Assembly (NCBI GenBank): GCA_021498125.1
Contig: JAIZWL010000003.1
Span: 60,457 to 124,456 of the forward strand
Length of the DNA stretch: 64,000 nucleotides
Reading direction: 5' to 3'
From: Candidatus Thorarchaeota archaeon
GTDB lineage: Archaea; Asgardarchaeota; Thorarchaeia; Thorarchaeales; Thorarchaeaceae
Shown here: positions 47,505-56,638 of the stretch, piece after piece
Layout of the letters: each line of letters begins with the position of its first letter
How positions within the stretch are numbered: the stretch's first letter is position 1
Position numbers and translations under genes: made by a program
Notes under the pieces: generated by a model
The model's database searches: none
The model's input: only the letters and a program-made list of their open reading frames with translations
Told to the model about the DNA's origin: nothing

Positions 47505-48941
47505 TTGGCTGATGATCTGTTCCGTCTAATCATGGAAGAACGAGATAGGCTCGGTGATGTGGTCTCGTCCAGCGACATCTTTGACCGGCAGTTCGGTTCA
47601 GAATTGGCAGCATGGGAACTTCAGTTGCAACGCGAGTTCAGAGAGCATGTTCACGGGCGGATCTATAGATTTCGAGGTTTTGCCCATTATACTCGCGACA
47701 CCTCGTTAATCATGCTCACGCCAAGTCCATGGTTGGCAGATGGTGTCTTCATCTACATTCGCAGGGAACAAGAGCTCCCCCCTGAGGGCGGGTATGTAGA
47801 GATCACTGGTCAGCGCATTGTTGCCCCGGGGCCACTTCAGAAGACAAACACAACACTCGAGGCTTTTACAGCCGATTCTATTAAGATACAGCAGCTCGAT
47901 TTTGTGAGAGAGGTGCGTCCTCCTTTCACACTCAAAGAGTTGTCCTCTCTCTTATTCGAACGGGTGGGAATGGCTGAGGCAAGTAAGAGAGTCTTTGCTC
48001 TCTTGTTTGTTTCAAGCCCTCCCTTTGAGGGTACTGTTGGTGGTCTCACTGCCGGAATTCAGGCGCTGGCATCAAAGGCTCAGGTGAAACGCCTGATGAC
48101 CTTCATGCGACGAGTATTACCCCCCACTCTTCGTGGACGCTGGAGTGCCTATCGTACCGTCCGTGGTGTTCGCGTATCTACTCCTAAGATCTGGCGTCTG
48201 GATACTGGTTCCATCTCGGCGGCGCGATTAAGACAGCTCGCGTTGAAGCGTAAAGATCCATTAGGCTTTCAAGAGGTCTCAGTAGGTGCGCTTACTGGTA
48301 CTGGTACCTCTGCTCTTCCAGATGTCCCGATGGCCCTGACCTCCGAAGACTTTTGGATCGAGACCCGCAATGCCGAGGAACTGCGTCTTCCCATTCTCAA
48401 GTCCGCAATCACATTTCAGTTGTTGGCGCCATCGGTCACTCGACGCTCTGTTGACTCCTCTACCAAACATATTCTGGATCGTCTGGAACGACTCCAAGAC
48501 TCCTTTGGACTGGACGCTACTGCCCTCTCTCGTGGTGGTGTCCTAGATGCAGATGCTCTGGGACGGCCATTGAGCGCACTACGCCTGGCCCGGTCTTCAG
48601 CACGTGCGGACTGGAAAGAGAAGATCACTCTGAGGGAGCTAAAGCATGCATGGAATAGGGTACTGGAGCCTGCTCTCAAGGAGTATCTTGAGATCACAGC
48701 CCTGCACAAGGAGGCCGAGACCGAGTGGGGTGGTGCTCAGAAATTTGAGAGACTGAATACTAAGGTGCTACGTGCGTTAAAGCGTCTTGATCCCGGGAAA
48801 CGTGGTGGTCTTGGTCCTACTCTTGATGAGATTGCTGCGGAGGCCTCTGTGGAGCGTCATACCGCTGCTGAGGCATTAGAAAAAATGAAAGACTCGGGTG
48901 TAGTGTATGAACCACGCCCGGGTCATTATAGGCTTGTATAG
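47505..48941 (+). CDS. Hypothetical 478-aa protein with C-terminal winged-helix-like segment, translationally coupled to the methyltransferase
   Basis: TTG start directly after the MTase stop; no NTPase or nuclease motif recognised; C-terminal GLGPTLDEIAAEASVERHTAAEALEKMKDSGVVYE is wHTH-like. Confidence 0.4.
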   Translation: MADDLFRLIMEERDRLGDVVSSSDIFDRQFGSELAAWELQLQREFREHVHGRIYRFRGFAHYTRDTSLIMLTPSPWLADGVFIYIRREQELPPEGGYVEITGQRIVAPGPLQKTNTTLEAFTADSIKIQQLDFVREVRPPFTLKELSSLLFERVGMAEASKRVFALLFVSSPPFEGTVGGLTAGIQALASKAQVKRLMTFMRRVLPPTLRGRWSAYRTVRGVRVSTPKIWRLDTGSISAARLRQLALKRKDPLGFQEVSVGALTGTGTSALPDVPMALTSEDFWIETRNAEELRLPILKSAITFQLLAPSVTRRSVDSSTKHILDRLERLQDSFGLDATALSRGGVLDADALGRPLSALRLARSSARADWKEKITLRELKHAWNRVLEPALKEYLEITALHKEAETEWGGAQKFERLNTKVLRALKRLDPGKRGGLGPTLDEIAAEASVERHTAAEALEKMKDSGVVYEPRPGHYRLV

Positions 48942-48946
48942 ATGGA

Positions 48947-49543
48947 TCACTCTAGCGCCTTGAGGAAGTCCTCTGGTTCATTTCCTTCCTCAATAAGCTC
49001 GATCTCCTGAACACCGACTCGCTCAGCATCGTACTGGCGTGCCAGAATTGTGCCGTCGAACTTTTCACGAGCAGATGCATCTTTTCCGCGCCAGACGAAG
49101 ATATCATCCCATGTGTCCAAGATGAAGACATCATCGCTCTTTAGGGAGTCACGTGACAACGGTACCTCTGCAAAGAAGGTTTCATCCTCTTGTCGATGTA
49201 CTCTCCAGAGCTTGTACTCTCTCTTCTCAAGCTGAACTTTTCTCAAGATTCCTTCAGTATCTTCATCCGTGAGTTTAAAGTCATCAAAGAGTGCCTTGAA
49301 CGATTCTGGTTCATTGCCTCCCTCGATGCGGTCAATATCTGCTTCTCCCTTGCGGGCGGTGTCACGCATCACGGCAGACGCCGCAGTGAGAAACTTTTCA
49401 TCGACAGTTGAATTCGGACCTATCCAGAGATAGATCTTCAATCCTGCATCTACAAGGTAGCAGTCTCCTCTTCCAAAGGTCCCGGGATTTGGCATCTTGA
49501 CAAGTCGGCCTTTCTGGATATGGTACACTGTTGGTTCGGGCAT
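48947..49543 (-). CDS. Two-domain gelsolin (2DGel-type actin-regulating protein)
   Basis: Two tandem gelsolin/villin-type repeats: GDCYLVDAGLKIYLWIGPNSTVDEKFLTAASAV...GGNEPESFKALF and DDVFILDTWDDIFVWRGKDASAREKFDGTILARQ...EGNEPEDFLKAL. Typical gelsolin-domain spacing. Confidence 0.8.
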   Translation of the reverse strand: MPEPTVYHIQKGRLVKMPNPGTFGRGDCYLVDAGLKIYLWIGPNSTVDEKFLTAASAVMRDTARKGEADIDRIEGGNEPESFKALFDDFKLTDEDTEGILRKVQLEKREYKLWRVHRQEDETFFAEVPLSRDSLKSDDVFILDTWDDIFVWRGKDASAREKFDGTILARQYDAERVGVQEIELIEEGNEPEDFLKALE

Positions 49544-49624
49544 GTTTCTCCACAGTACTTTTCTCCCATTAAATCATGTGTGAATGAATGGAATACTATT
49601 AAGTTTCCACAGGAGTGTTCAACT

Positions 49625-50434
49625 ATGCCTGAGCTTCCTGAACTTGAGGTCATCGCCCAAAAAATAACGGCACAACTGGCAGGAGCGAGAATCAGTCGCG
49701 TCCTTGTCCGGGAGCCACTTCTCATCTACGGGATAGTACCGGATGATTTCATTGCAAGAATTGAAGGAGCTGTTCTGCACAAGGTTCATGCTGACGGGAA
49801 GTTTCTTGTGTTCTTGCTAAATGGATTACGTGCGGTTGTCACCAATCCAATGTTGACCGGGCGATTCACAATTTCAGAGAACCAGCATGCAGGAATAAAG
49901 AAGTATGGCTATGCTCTGATCTTTGAGAATCATATTGCTCTAATCTTCTCCGACTCAAAACGCATGAGCCGCACATACCTCGTTAAAGGTGATAATTATA
50001 GTAGTGTTTCAGGATTTGAAGACCGTGGCCCGTCGCCTCTTGATCCGGAGCTGACTTTCGACAGATTCCACGAGCGACTTCGCAAGTACCGTGGGCAGAT
50101 CAAGAATGTCCTACGAAATCAACGGTTTGTGAAGGGAATTGGGAACGCCTATGCTGATGAGATCCTGCTCTATGCTGGAATTCTCCCGTTCAGGGAATGC
50201 GCCACATTCTCTGATGAGGAGGTTCAAGCTCTGTATTCGGCGATGCGAATGGTGCTTCTCCGGTATCGTGAATTATTGAGCAGGAAGACTCTTGATGAGC
50301 TTGCAAGTCACAAGCGTGACTACCTGATGATTCACGGGCGTGGCGGTGGAATCTGTCCCCTCTGTGGTGGGCGCATCTCGGAGATCTCAGCGAATCGCAT
50401 CAAGACTAATTATTGTCAGACATGTCAGACCTGA
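49625..50434 (+). CDS. fpg: Fpg/Nei family DNA glycosylase (formamidopyrimidine-DNA glycosylase / endonuclease VIII)
   Basis: N-terminal MPELPELEV, H2TH region, C-terminal zinc finger CPLCGGRI...CQTCQ. ATG 49625 has GGAG upstream. Confidence 0.8.
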   Translation: MPELPELEVIAQKITAQLAGARISRVLVREPLLIYGIVPDDFIARIEGAVLHKVHADGKFLVFLLNGLRAVVTNPMLTGRFTISENQHAGIKKYGYALIFENHIALIFSDSKRMSRTYLVKGDNYSSVSGFEDRGPSPLDPELTFDRFHERLRKYRGQIKNVLRNQRFVKGIGNAYADEILLYAGILPFRECATFSDEEVQALYSAMRMVLLRYRELLSRKTLDELASHKRDYLMIHGRGGGICPLCGGRISEISANRIKTNYCQTCQT

Positions 50435-50488
50435 ATCGCAACAATAATCAGAGAGAAGCAAACATACTGATGGAATGGAGGTCTGCGA

Positions 50489-51670
50489 TTGGACTCATGG
50501 GAACTGGATTTTCTGAAAAGTATCGTTCAGTTAGATACCAACAGTACTGAGCAGAAGAACTATGCAGAATGTGCAGAAGTGGTCAAGTCCTTTTGTGAAG
50601 ATGCTGGACTACGTGTAGAGATTTTTGACCCTGAACATGATGGCAAGCATCAGCCTAATGTGGTTGCAACAATGGATGTTGGTGCAGACAAGACAGTTCT
50701 TCTCTGTACACACTATGATGTAGTTCCAGCAGGGGATGTGGAGGACTGGACCTTCCCGCCTTTCGATATTACTGTAAAGGAAGATCGTGTATACGGTCGT
50801 GGAGTGACCGATGACAAAGGTAATGTTGTTGCAGCAGTCAGCGCTGCTAAGGAACTCATTGCAAAGGGATCATCTAAGGTCAACCTGAAGATTCTGATAT
50901 CCCCAAATGAAGAGATTGGTGGGATATGGGGAATTGACTATCTGATTAATGGGCCTCCCAAGATCAGGGGCGATTTTGCAATAGTCGTCGACTCGGGTCC
51001 AAATTACATCAGTATTGGAGCCAGTGGTATTCTCGCTGGGACGATCACAGTCCATGGTACGCAAGGTCATGCAGGTTATCCCTTTGCCTTCAACAATGCA
51101 ATACATCTCTCTATTCCCCTGCTAAATTCACTGCTGGACTTTGTAGACATTCGTCGAAAGGTGACCTCCTCACTACCAGCGCCTCCTGGAAGTCCTTACC
51201 AGACACTGTGGGGTCGTTTCTCGATCACTATGTTCCATGCTGGCAGTAAGACCAATATTATTCCCGGAACCGCCGATATCTCCTTTGACTGTCGACTTAT
51301 TCCTGAAGAGGATCCCGAAGAAGTGGCCCACAAATTAGAGAAGTTCGTAGCGGAAGTCACAAGTGACATTGGTATTGAGACCGAAGTGAACTTTATTACC
51401 AAGTCAAAGGGCTGGTCGTCCGACCGTGAGAATCCTCTGGCAAAGAGCTTTGTATCAGCAGTTCATGAAGTTGCGAGTCCAGACCTACCAATTGCCGCAG
51501 ATCTTGGTGGTAATGACGGTCACTATTTTACGAAAGTAGGGATTCCCACAGTCTGTTATGGCACGATAGCTGAAGACACACATTTCCACGGTGTTGATGA
51601 GTTTATGCGATTCTCGGACTACGAAAAGGTCAAGAATGCGCTCATTCGATTTGCGGAGCTGTGTGAGTGA
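50489..51670 (+). CDS. M20 family metallopeptidase (ArgE/DapE/acetylornithine deacetylase-like)
   Basis: LLCTHYDVVPAG, GRGVTDDKGNV metal-binding motifs; TTG start. Confidence 0.7.
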   Translation: MDSWELDFLKSIVQLDTNSTEQKNYAECAEVVKSFCEDAGLRVEIFDPEHDGKHQPNVVATMDVGADKTVLLCTHYDVVPAGDVEDWTFPPFDITVKEDRVYGRGVTDDKGNVVAAVSAAKELIAKGSSKVNLKILISPNEEIGGIWGIDYLINGPPKIRGDFAIVVDSGPNYISIGASGILAGTITVHGTQGHAGYPFAFNNAIHLSIPLLNSLLDFVDIRRKVTSSLPAPPGSPYQTLWGRFSITMFHAGSKTNIIPGTADISFDCRLIPEEDPEEVAHKLEKFVAEVTSDIGIETEVNFITKSKGWSSDRENPLAKSFVSAVHEVASPDLPIAADLGGNDGHYFTKVGIPTVCYGTIAEDTHFHGVDEFMRFSDYEKVKNALIRFAELCE

Positions 51671-51736
51671 TTGTCTGATCTGTCTGACCTTGAGATCGGT
51701 GTGCCCGGGCCTTTCCTTCCTCCTTGGGAAAATGTG

Positions 51737-52795
51737 ATGAAGAACGCCCAGGTCATCGACTCCCTTGGTTATGACAGCATGGCTTTCCCCGACCACTTTG
51801 CAGGTTTTATTCCTGAGAGCCTCTGGACTACTGATATCACTCCACTTGCTCTCCTTCAGTCATCGCCACATACCTATTATGAGCTGTCCTCAATCATGGC
51901 GGCATGTGCCGTCCTGACCAAGAATGTCAAGATTATTTCCGCAGTAACCGAGCCTCTTCGGCGTCATCCTGTCCTCTTAGCCCAGACATTTCTGACACTT
52001 GACCATATTAGTCAAGGTCGAGCAATCATGGGCATTGGGGCGGGAGAGGCTGTGAATGTCACGCCCTATGGGATAGACTATTCCGCGCAGGTGGGAAAGT
52101 TACGCGAGGCACTAGAGATTATTCAGCTCCTCTGGTCCACTGATACTCCTCTTGATTACAACGGTCGCTTTTGGCATCTGAAGGATGCAGTCCTCTCCCT
52201 TCGGCCACTTGTCCCTAACCAGCCTCCCCCGATCTGGATTGCGGCTCATGGACCAAAGATGTTGGAGATTGCAGCGCAATTTGGTGATGGCTGGATTCCC
52301 ACGCTTCTTCGTCCGACTGATTATAGACAAAGACTTGCCACCATTGAGTCACACCGGAAGCGTCTTGGGCGAGAGAATCCATTTACTCCTGCGCTCTGGA
52401 ACTGGTTTGTCTTGGATAATGATTCTGCGGAACTTGAGCGTCTCATCCATACCCCGCTTGCCCGAGCAATGGCCCTTCTCTATCCTGCTTCCGAATGGCG
52501 CCGATTGGGTCATGCGCATCCTTTCGGTGAGGACTTCTATTCACTCCGTGATTATATTCCAATGGGGATGTCCCGTGAGACCGCACTTGCAGCAATAGAT
52601 GAGGTTCCTGATGACGTATTGCACGAGTTCTATTATGTTGGTGACGCGGAATCTATTATCCAACAGCTTGAAGACTTCGTGCATGTCGGTCTCAGGCACA
52701 TCATCATTTGGAATGTCACTGGAATGTTCGATCTCAACAAGGCTCGTAGTTCTAACAAGATTCTGAAGGAAGTACTCCGCTATGTCAAAGGCTAA
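51737..52795 (+). CDS. Luciferase-like monooxygenase (LLM) class flavin-dependent oxidoreductase
   Basis: TIM-barrel LLM family composition (GYDSMAFPDHF, MGIGAGE); ATG 51737 preferred over TTG 51671. Confidence 0.6.
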   Translation: MKNAQVIDSLGYDSMAFPDHFAGFIPESLWTTDITPLALLQSSPHTYYELSSIMAACAVLTKNVKIISAVTEPLRRHPVLLAQTFLTLDHISQGRAIMGIGAGEAVNVTPYGIDYSAQVGKLREALEIIQLLWSTDTPLDYNGRFWHLKDAVLSLRPLVPNQPPPIWIAAHGPKMLEIAAQFGDGWIPTLLRPTDYRQRLATIESHRKRLGRENPFTPALWNWFVLDNDSAELERLIHTPLARAMALLYPASEWRRLGHAHPFGEDFYSLRDYIPMGMSRETALAAIDEVPDDVLHEFYYVGDAESIIQQLEDFVHVGLRHIIIWNVTGMFDLNKARSSNKILKEVLRYVKG

Positions 52796-53351
52796 GATTG
52801 TTCTCCTGACTCATAATCCTCACAAGATCGAAGAACTCACTCCTCTCTTTAGGAGGTTTGATGTAGATTTTGAGACCACATCACTGGAGAAATTCGAGAT
52901 CCGCTCCGACTCGGTGGAAGAGATTGCACGAGTTGCTGCACTCTCAGCCTTCAAAGAGCTGGGGCGACCTGTTGTCCTCGATGATACCGGATTCTTTATT
53001 GATGCACTTAATGGATTTCCCCGTTCATACCCCGCCTTTGTGCTTGAGACCATTGGACGCGCCGGAATTCTCAAGTTAATGAAGGGTGTAGAGGATCGTT
53101 CTGCGCGATTTATTACAGCAGTGGGATATACCCAAGATGGGGTGACGGCAACGACCTTTGTGGGCGAGATGCCTGGAGTGATTGCTCTTGAAGAAGCAGG
53201 TAGTGGCGGTTTCGGGTATGATCCGATTTTCATCCCAGAACGGTACGACCTCACTTATGCCCAACTCTCCTTTGAAGAGAAAGTGGCGATCTCTCATAGA
53301 ACTCGTGCATTTACTAAGTTTCTCCAATGGCTCAGTTCAACCAATTCTTAA
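52782..53351 (+). CDS. Non-canonical purine NTP pyrophosphatase (Ham1/RdgB/ITPase family)
   Basis: MSKAKIVLLTHNPHKIEE N-terminus and SGGFGYDPIF C-terminal motif of the Ham1 family. Confidence 0.8.
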   Translation: MSKAKIVLLTHNPHKIEELTPLFRRFDVDFETTSLEKFEIRSDSVEEIARVAALSAFKELGRPVVLDDTGFFIDALNGFPRSYPAFVLETIGRAGILKLMKGVEDRSARFITAVGYTQDGVTATTFVGEMPGVIALEEAGSGGFGYDPIFIPERYDLTYAQLSFEEKVAISHRTRAFTKFLQWLSSTNS

Positions 53352-53372
53352 GGAATCATTTGTATCTGTGAT

Positions 53373-54143
53373 TTGGTGGTCATCTTGATTGTCAGTGAGG
53401 ATACTATCAAGGCACTTCGAGAACTAGGTCTGACCGAATATGAGACCGCAGCTTATCTAGTTCTTGTTCGAGGTGGACAGATGTCCGCCTCAGATGTCAG
53501 TCAAAAGTCAAAGGTTCCATACTCGCGAATCTATGATGTTCTTGGTCGTCTGGAGGAGAAGGGGTTCATTCAGGTCCAGCGCGGTCGTCCTACAATGTAT
53601 GTGGCCAAAGCCCCTGTTGAGGTAGTAAAAGTAGTTAGGCTCTCTTGGGAGGAGCGACTTGATCGATCATCAAAGGCGGTCATTGATGAGCTACAACCAC
53701 TATATGAACGTGAGACCAAGGTGACAACCCGTGATGTCTTTGTCATTCATGGTCGGGCCGCCATACTCTCACGTGCGTTAGCAATGATCGAATCGGCCCG
53801 GGAGGAAATCAAGCTCTCTCTACCAAGTCTAGATATGTCCATTGAGGAACTTGATGCGGTTGTTGAAAAAATGCTTGATGTAAAGGCGCCACATGTGTAT
53901 ATTCTCACATCGCATGTAGACGAGTCGATCAGATCCTCTATCCCCCCACGTTATGAAGTACGTACTCGTGATCGAGTCTTTGGGGCTGGACTTGTCTGTG
54001 ACACACGAGAGACCTTGATCATGCTTACAGGAGGCAATGAGAATCAGTTCTTGGGTGTCTATTCGAACCACGTCGTGTTCGCCTCAATGGCAGGTGCATA
54101 TTTTGACTCCCTCTGGACCGATGCCGTTCCCCTACGCGCTTAA
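53373..54143 (+). CDS. trmB: TrmB family transcriptional regulator
   Basis: N-terminal LGLTEYETAAYLVLVRGGQMSASDVSQKSKVPYSRIYDVLGRLEEKGFI wHTH typical of TrmB; start codon uncertain (TTG/GTG). Confidence 0.7.
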   Translation: MVVILIVSEDTIKALRELGLTEYETAAYLVLVRGGQMSASDVSQKSKVPYSRIYDVLGRLEEKGFIQVQRGRPTMYVAKAPVEVVKVVRLSWEERLDRSSKAVIDELQPLYERETKVTTRDVFVIHGRAAILSRALAMIESAREEIKLSLPSLDMSIEELDAVVEKMLDVKAPHVYILTSHVDESIRSSIPPRYEVRTRDRVFGAGLVCDTRETLIMLTGGNENQFLGVYSNHVVFASMAGAYFDSLWTDAVPLRA

Positions 54144-54148
54144 ATCAG

Positions 54149-55594
54149 GTGATTCTTAGTATAACCTATGATGGCACTAGTGACAGAACGGCGGATAGCA
54201 TTTTGGAGGATGACCTGATGACCATTATACCTGAAGACCCGCCTCTTCAGCAGCGATTATCTCCTTCAGCATATGCCCTTCTCCAGACAGTCCAACGCCT
54301 TGAGGATGGGCAAGAGGTAGTTCCCTTTCAAGGGGTAATGGAACTACAGCAGATACAAAAAATGGTCTCGACCTATCGCGGCAGTCTGCATACCGGCTTA
54401 CTTGCGCGATTACGTATATTGTTTGAACGCAGTAACGATGTAATTGTCACTCAACGTGAACTCTTTACGTTGATCGCAGAAGTGTGGCTGAAGAACATAT
54501 CCCGACTCTCATCCTCTGAAGTCGAGGTCATGAAGGCAATAGTTGAAACACCCTCTGTACAGATCAGCGATCTCTCTAAGGCCATAGGGCTGTCCTATGC
54601 TCAGGTGCGCCGAGCCATCAGTCATCTCTCCGAGGCGGGGATTATACGAATCGGAGGCATTCTTAACCATCAGGCCATCGGACTGGCTCGTTTTCTCATT
54701 ATCCTTGAGAACCCCACCCTCATCTTATCTTCTCCGTATGTTGAGAAAGTGCTTTTTGCTGATGGTCCTACATCTCTTGTCTTTCTTATTGTTTCATGTC
54801 CTCGTGACCATATTGACGAACTCTCTGCGCTGGTACGTTCCCTTCGGAGCACCTCTGATAATGCAACAATCTGGCGGCTATCATCAGGCAGGCTTCACTT
54901 CTCTAACATCTATTATAATCGACAGGCCGGAGCTTGGGACATAGATCAAGTGCATTTTCGACTTCAACTACGTCACGAGCGAGACTCCGTGGCTACCAGT
55001 CGTTTCTATGAAGATGCAGTCAAACCCGTGCACATCACAAAGTCAGATGCGCTCTTAGTCGATGCCCTGAGAAAGAATTACAATGCTTCTGCCATAGATA
55101 TGGTTGAAAAAACAGGGCTCTCCGAGTCCACGGTCTTCAAGCGTCGTGTTGCATTGACGCGCGATTCAGCTCTTGTCCTTCCACGGGCACGGATTACTAT
55201 CCCTAGTCTGAGCGAGCGACTTCTGCTTCTCCTCTCTACTGATGCAGTTCCTGCTATCAGCCATGCATGGTCTCATCTGCCGTTAAGTTATAGATCAAGG
55301 ATATTCAATGTCGAGAATGGCCCGCAGACACGGGCCATCATGCTTGCGGCCTTACCGCCAGGAACAGGCTGGCAACTGTCAAAGATAATACTTGAGGAGA
55401 CCTCTGCTATCGATCAGTTGTCCGTTCACGTTCTCTCCGCCGCAAGCGACCAGCAGCTCTCTGTTGCCTCAATGTTTAACACTCGTACAGCCTCTTGGCG
55501 TTGGAATCAGGGTGATTTTTTGGATGTGCGCGGCTATGCTATTGTGCGACGAGAGGCCAATCCCACTACTATTCCAATAGACCTTGCAACCTGA
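54149..55594 (+). CDS. Large hypothetical regulator with at least two predicted winged-HTH segments
   Basis: HTH-like segments SVQISDLSKAIGLSYAQVRRAISHLSEAGIIRI and ASAIDMVEKTGLSESTVFKRRVALTRD; 481 aa; start uncertain. Confidence 0.4.
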   Translation: MILSITYDGTSDRTADSILEDDLMTIIPEDPPLQQRLSPSAYALLQTVQRLEDGQEVVPFQGVMELQQIQKMVSTYRGSLHTGLLARLRILFERSNDVIVTQRELFTLIAEVWLKNISRLSSSEVEVMKAIVETPSVQISDLSKAIGLSYAQVRRAISHLSEAGIIRIGGILNHQAIGLARFLIILENPTLILSSPYVEKVLFADGPTSLVFLIVSCPRDHIDELSALVRSLRSTSDNATIWRLSSGRLHFSNIYYNRQAGAWDIDQVHFRLQLRHERDSVATSRFYEDAVKPVHITKSDALLVDALRKNYNASAIDMVEKTGLSESTVFKRRVALTRDSALVLPRARITIPSLSERLLLLLSTDAVPAISHAWSHLPLSYRSRIFNVENGPQTRAIMLAALPPGTGWQLSKIILEETSAIDQLSVHVLSAASDQQLSVASMFNTRTASWRWNQGDFLDVRGYAIVRREANPTTIPIDLAT

Positions 55595-55645
55595 TTGGCC
55601 ATAGTCAAAATGGTTATGAGGTCGGACACGGCATCAGAGTACAGA

Positions 55646-56590
55646 ATGTTTGAGATCATCTTTCTTGGCACGGGCGGTTCGATTCCAACCGAGGGGCGAA
55701 ATCATCCTGCAATCGCCATTAGATTCCAAGGGTCAATTTTCTTGTTTGATGCAGGAGAAGATGTTCAGAGGCAATTTGTTCGTGCAGGCCTCGGTCTGAA
55801 TCATCCCATGTTCATCTTCATCTCTCATACACATGCAGATCATGTGATAGGCCTCCCCGGGCTACTTCTTAGAATGGCGCTTCTTGGTCGTCAACGGCCA
55901 TTACGGATCTTTGGGCCTTCCGAACTTATTGATTATGTGAAGGCAGTTCAGGCCTCTATAGGTCTAGGTACTACTTATGATGCGCGTGTGTATGCAATTC
56001 AACCCGGAACCGTTTTGGAAGATGATGGTATCGAGGTCACGGCATTTCCGGTCTCGCATAGAGGTACGACCTTTGGCTATGGGTTGTCCTACACTAAAAA
56101 GATGGGGCGGTTTCACCCGGAACGTGCGCAGGCTCTAGGTGTCCCAAAGGGGCCACTATGGCACCAGCTTGCCACAGGTCATAGTGTTGAAGTCAACGGC
56201 CGGACGATCTCTCCTGAGGAGGTTGCCGAACCGCCGCCCCCGCCTCTCAAGATAGTTTACAGTGGCGACACTCGACCATGTGATAGTCTAAGAGATGCGA
56301 TCAAAGATACGCACGTCTTCATCTGCGAGGCAATGTATGCTTCTGACAAGGCCGAGATGGCCGATGAGCGAGGTCATATGACCGCACGCCAAGCGGCAGA
56401 GCTGGCTCGGGATGCACAAGTCCAACATCTGGCCCTTACGCACTATAGTCCCAGATACGAACTTGAGAATGGTTCTCAAATCCTCCAAGAAGCGCAGGCC
56501 ATCTTTCCCGCAACGACGCTGGCTCATGATCTGATGCGTATTCGGCTCTCGTGGAACGGCATTGAGATACAGTCCGCATCTGACAAATAA
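55646..56590 (+). CDS. rnz: Ribonuclease Z (tRNA 3' endonuclease, metallo-beta-lactamase fold)
   Basis: MFEIIFLGTGGSIP..., HTHADH motif; ATG 55646 gives the canonical N-terminus, and the ORF-track start at 55595 is TTG. Confidence 0.8.
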   Translation: MFEIIFLGTGGSIPTEGRNHPAIAIRFQGSIFLFDAGEDVQRQFVRAGLGLNHPMFIFISHTHADHVIGLPGLLLRMALLGRQRPLRIFGPSELIDYVKAVQASIGLGTTYDARVYAIQPGTVLEDDGIEVTAFPVSHRGTTFGYGLSYTKKMGRFHPERAQALGVPKGPLWHQLATGHSVEVNGRTISPEEVAEPPPPPLKIVYSGDTRPCDSLRDAIKDTHVFICEAMYASDKAEMADERGHMTARQAAELARDAQVQHLALTHYSPRYELENGSQILQEAQAIFPATTLAHDLMRIRLSWNGIEIQSASDK

Positions 56591-56638
56591 CAACATCAAT
56601 AAACGCAGTGTTAGTCATCACTAGGTTGGTGGAACCAC

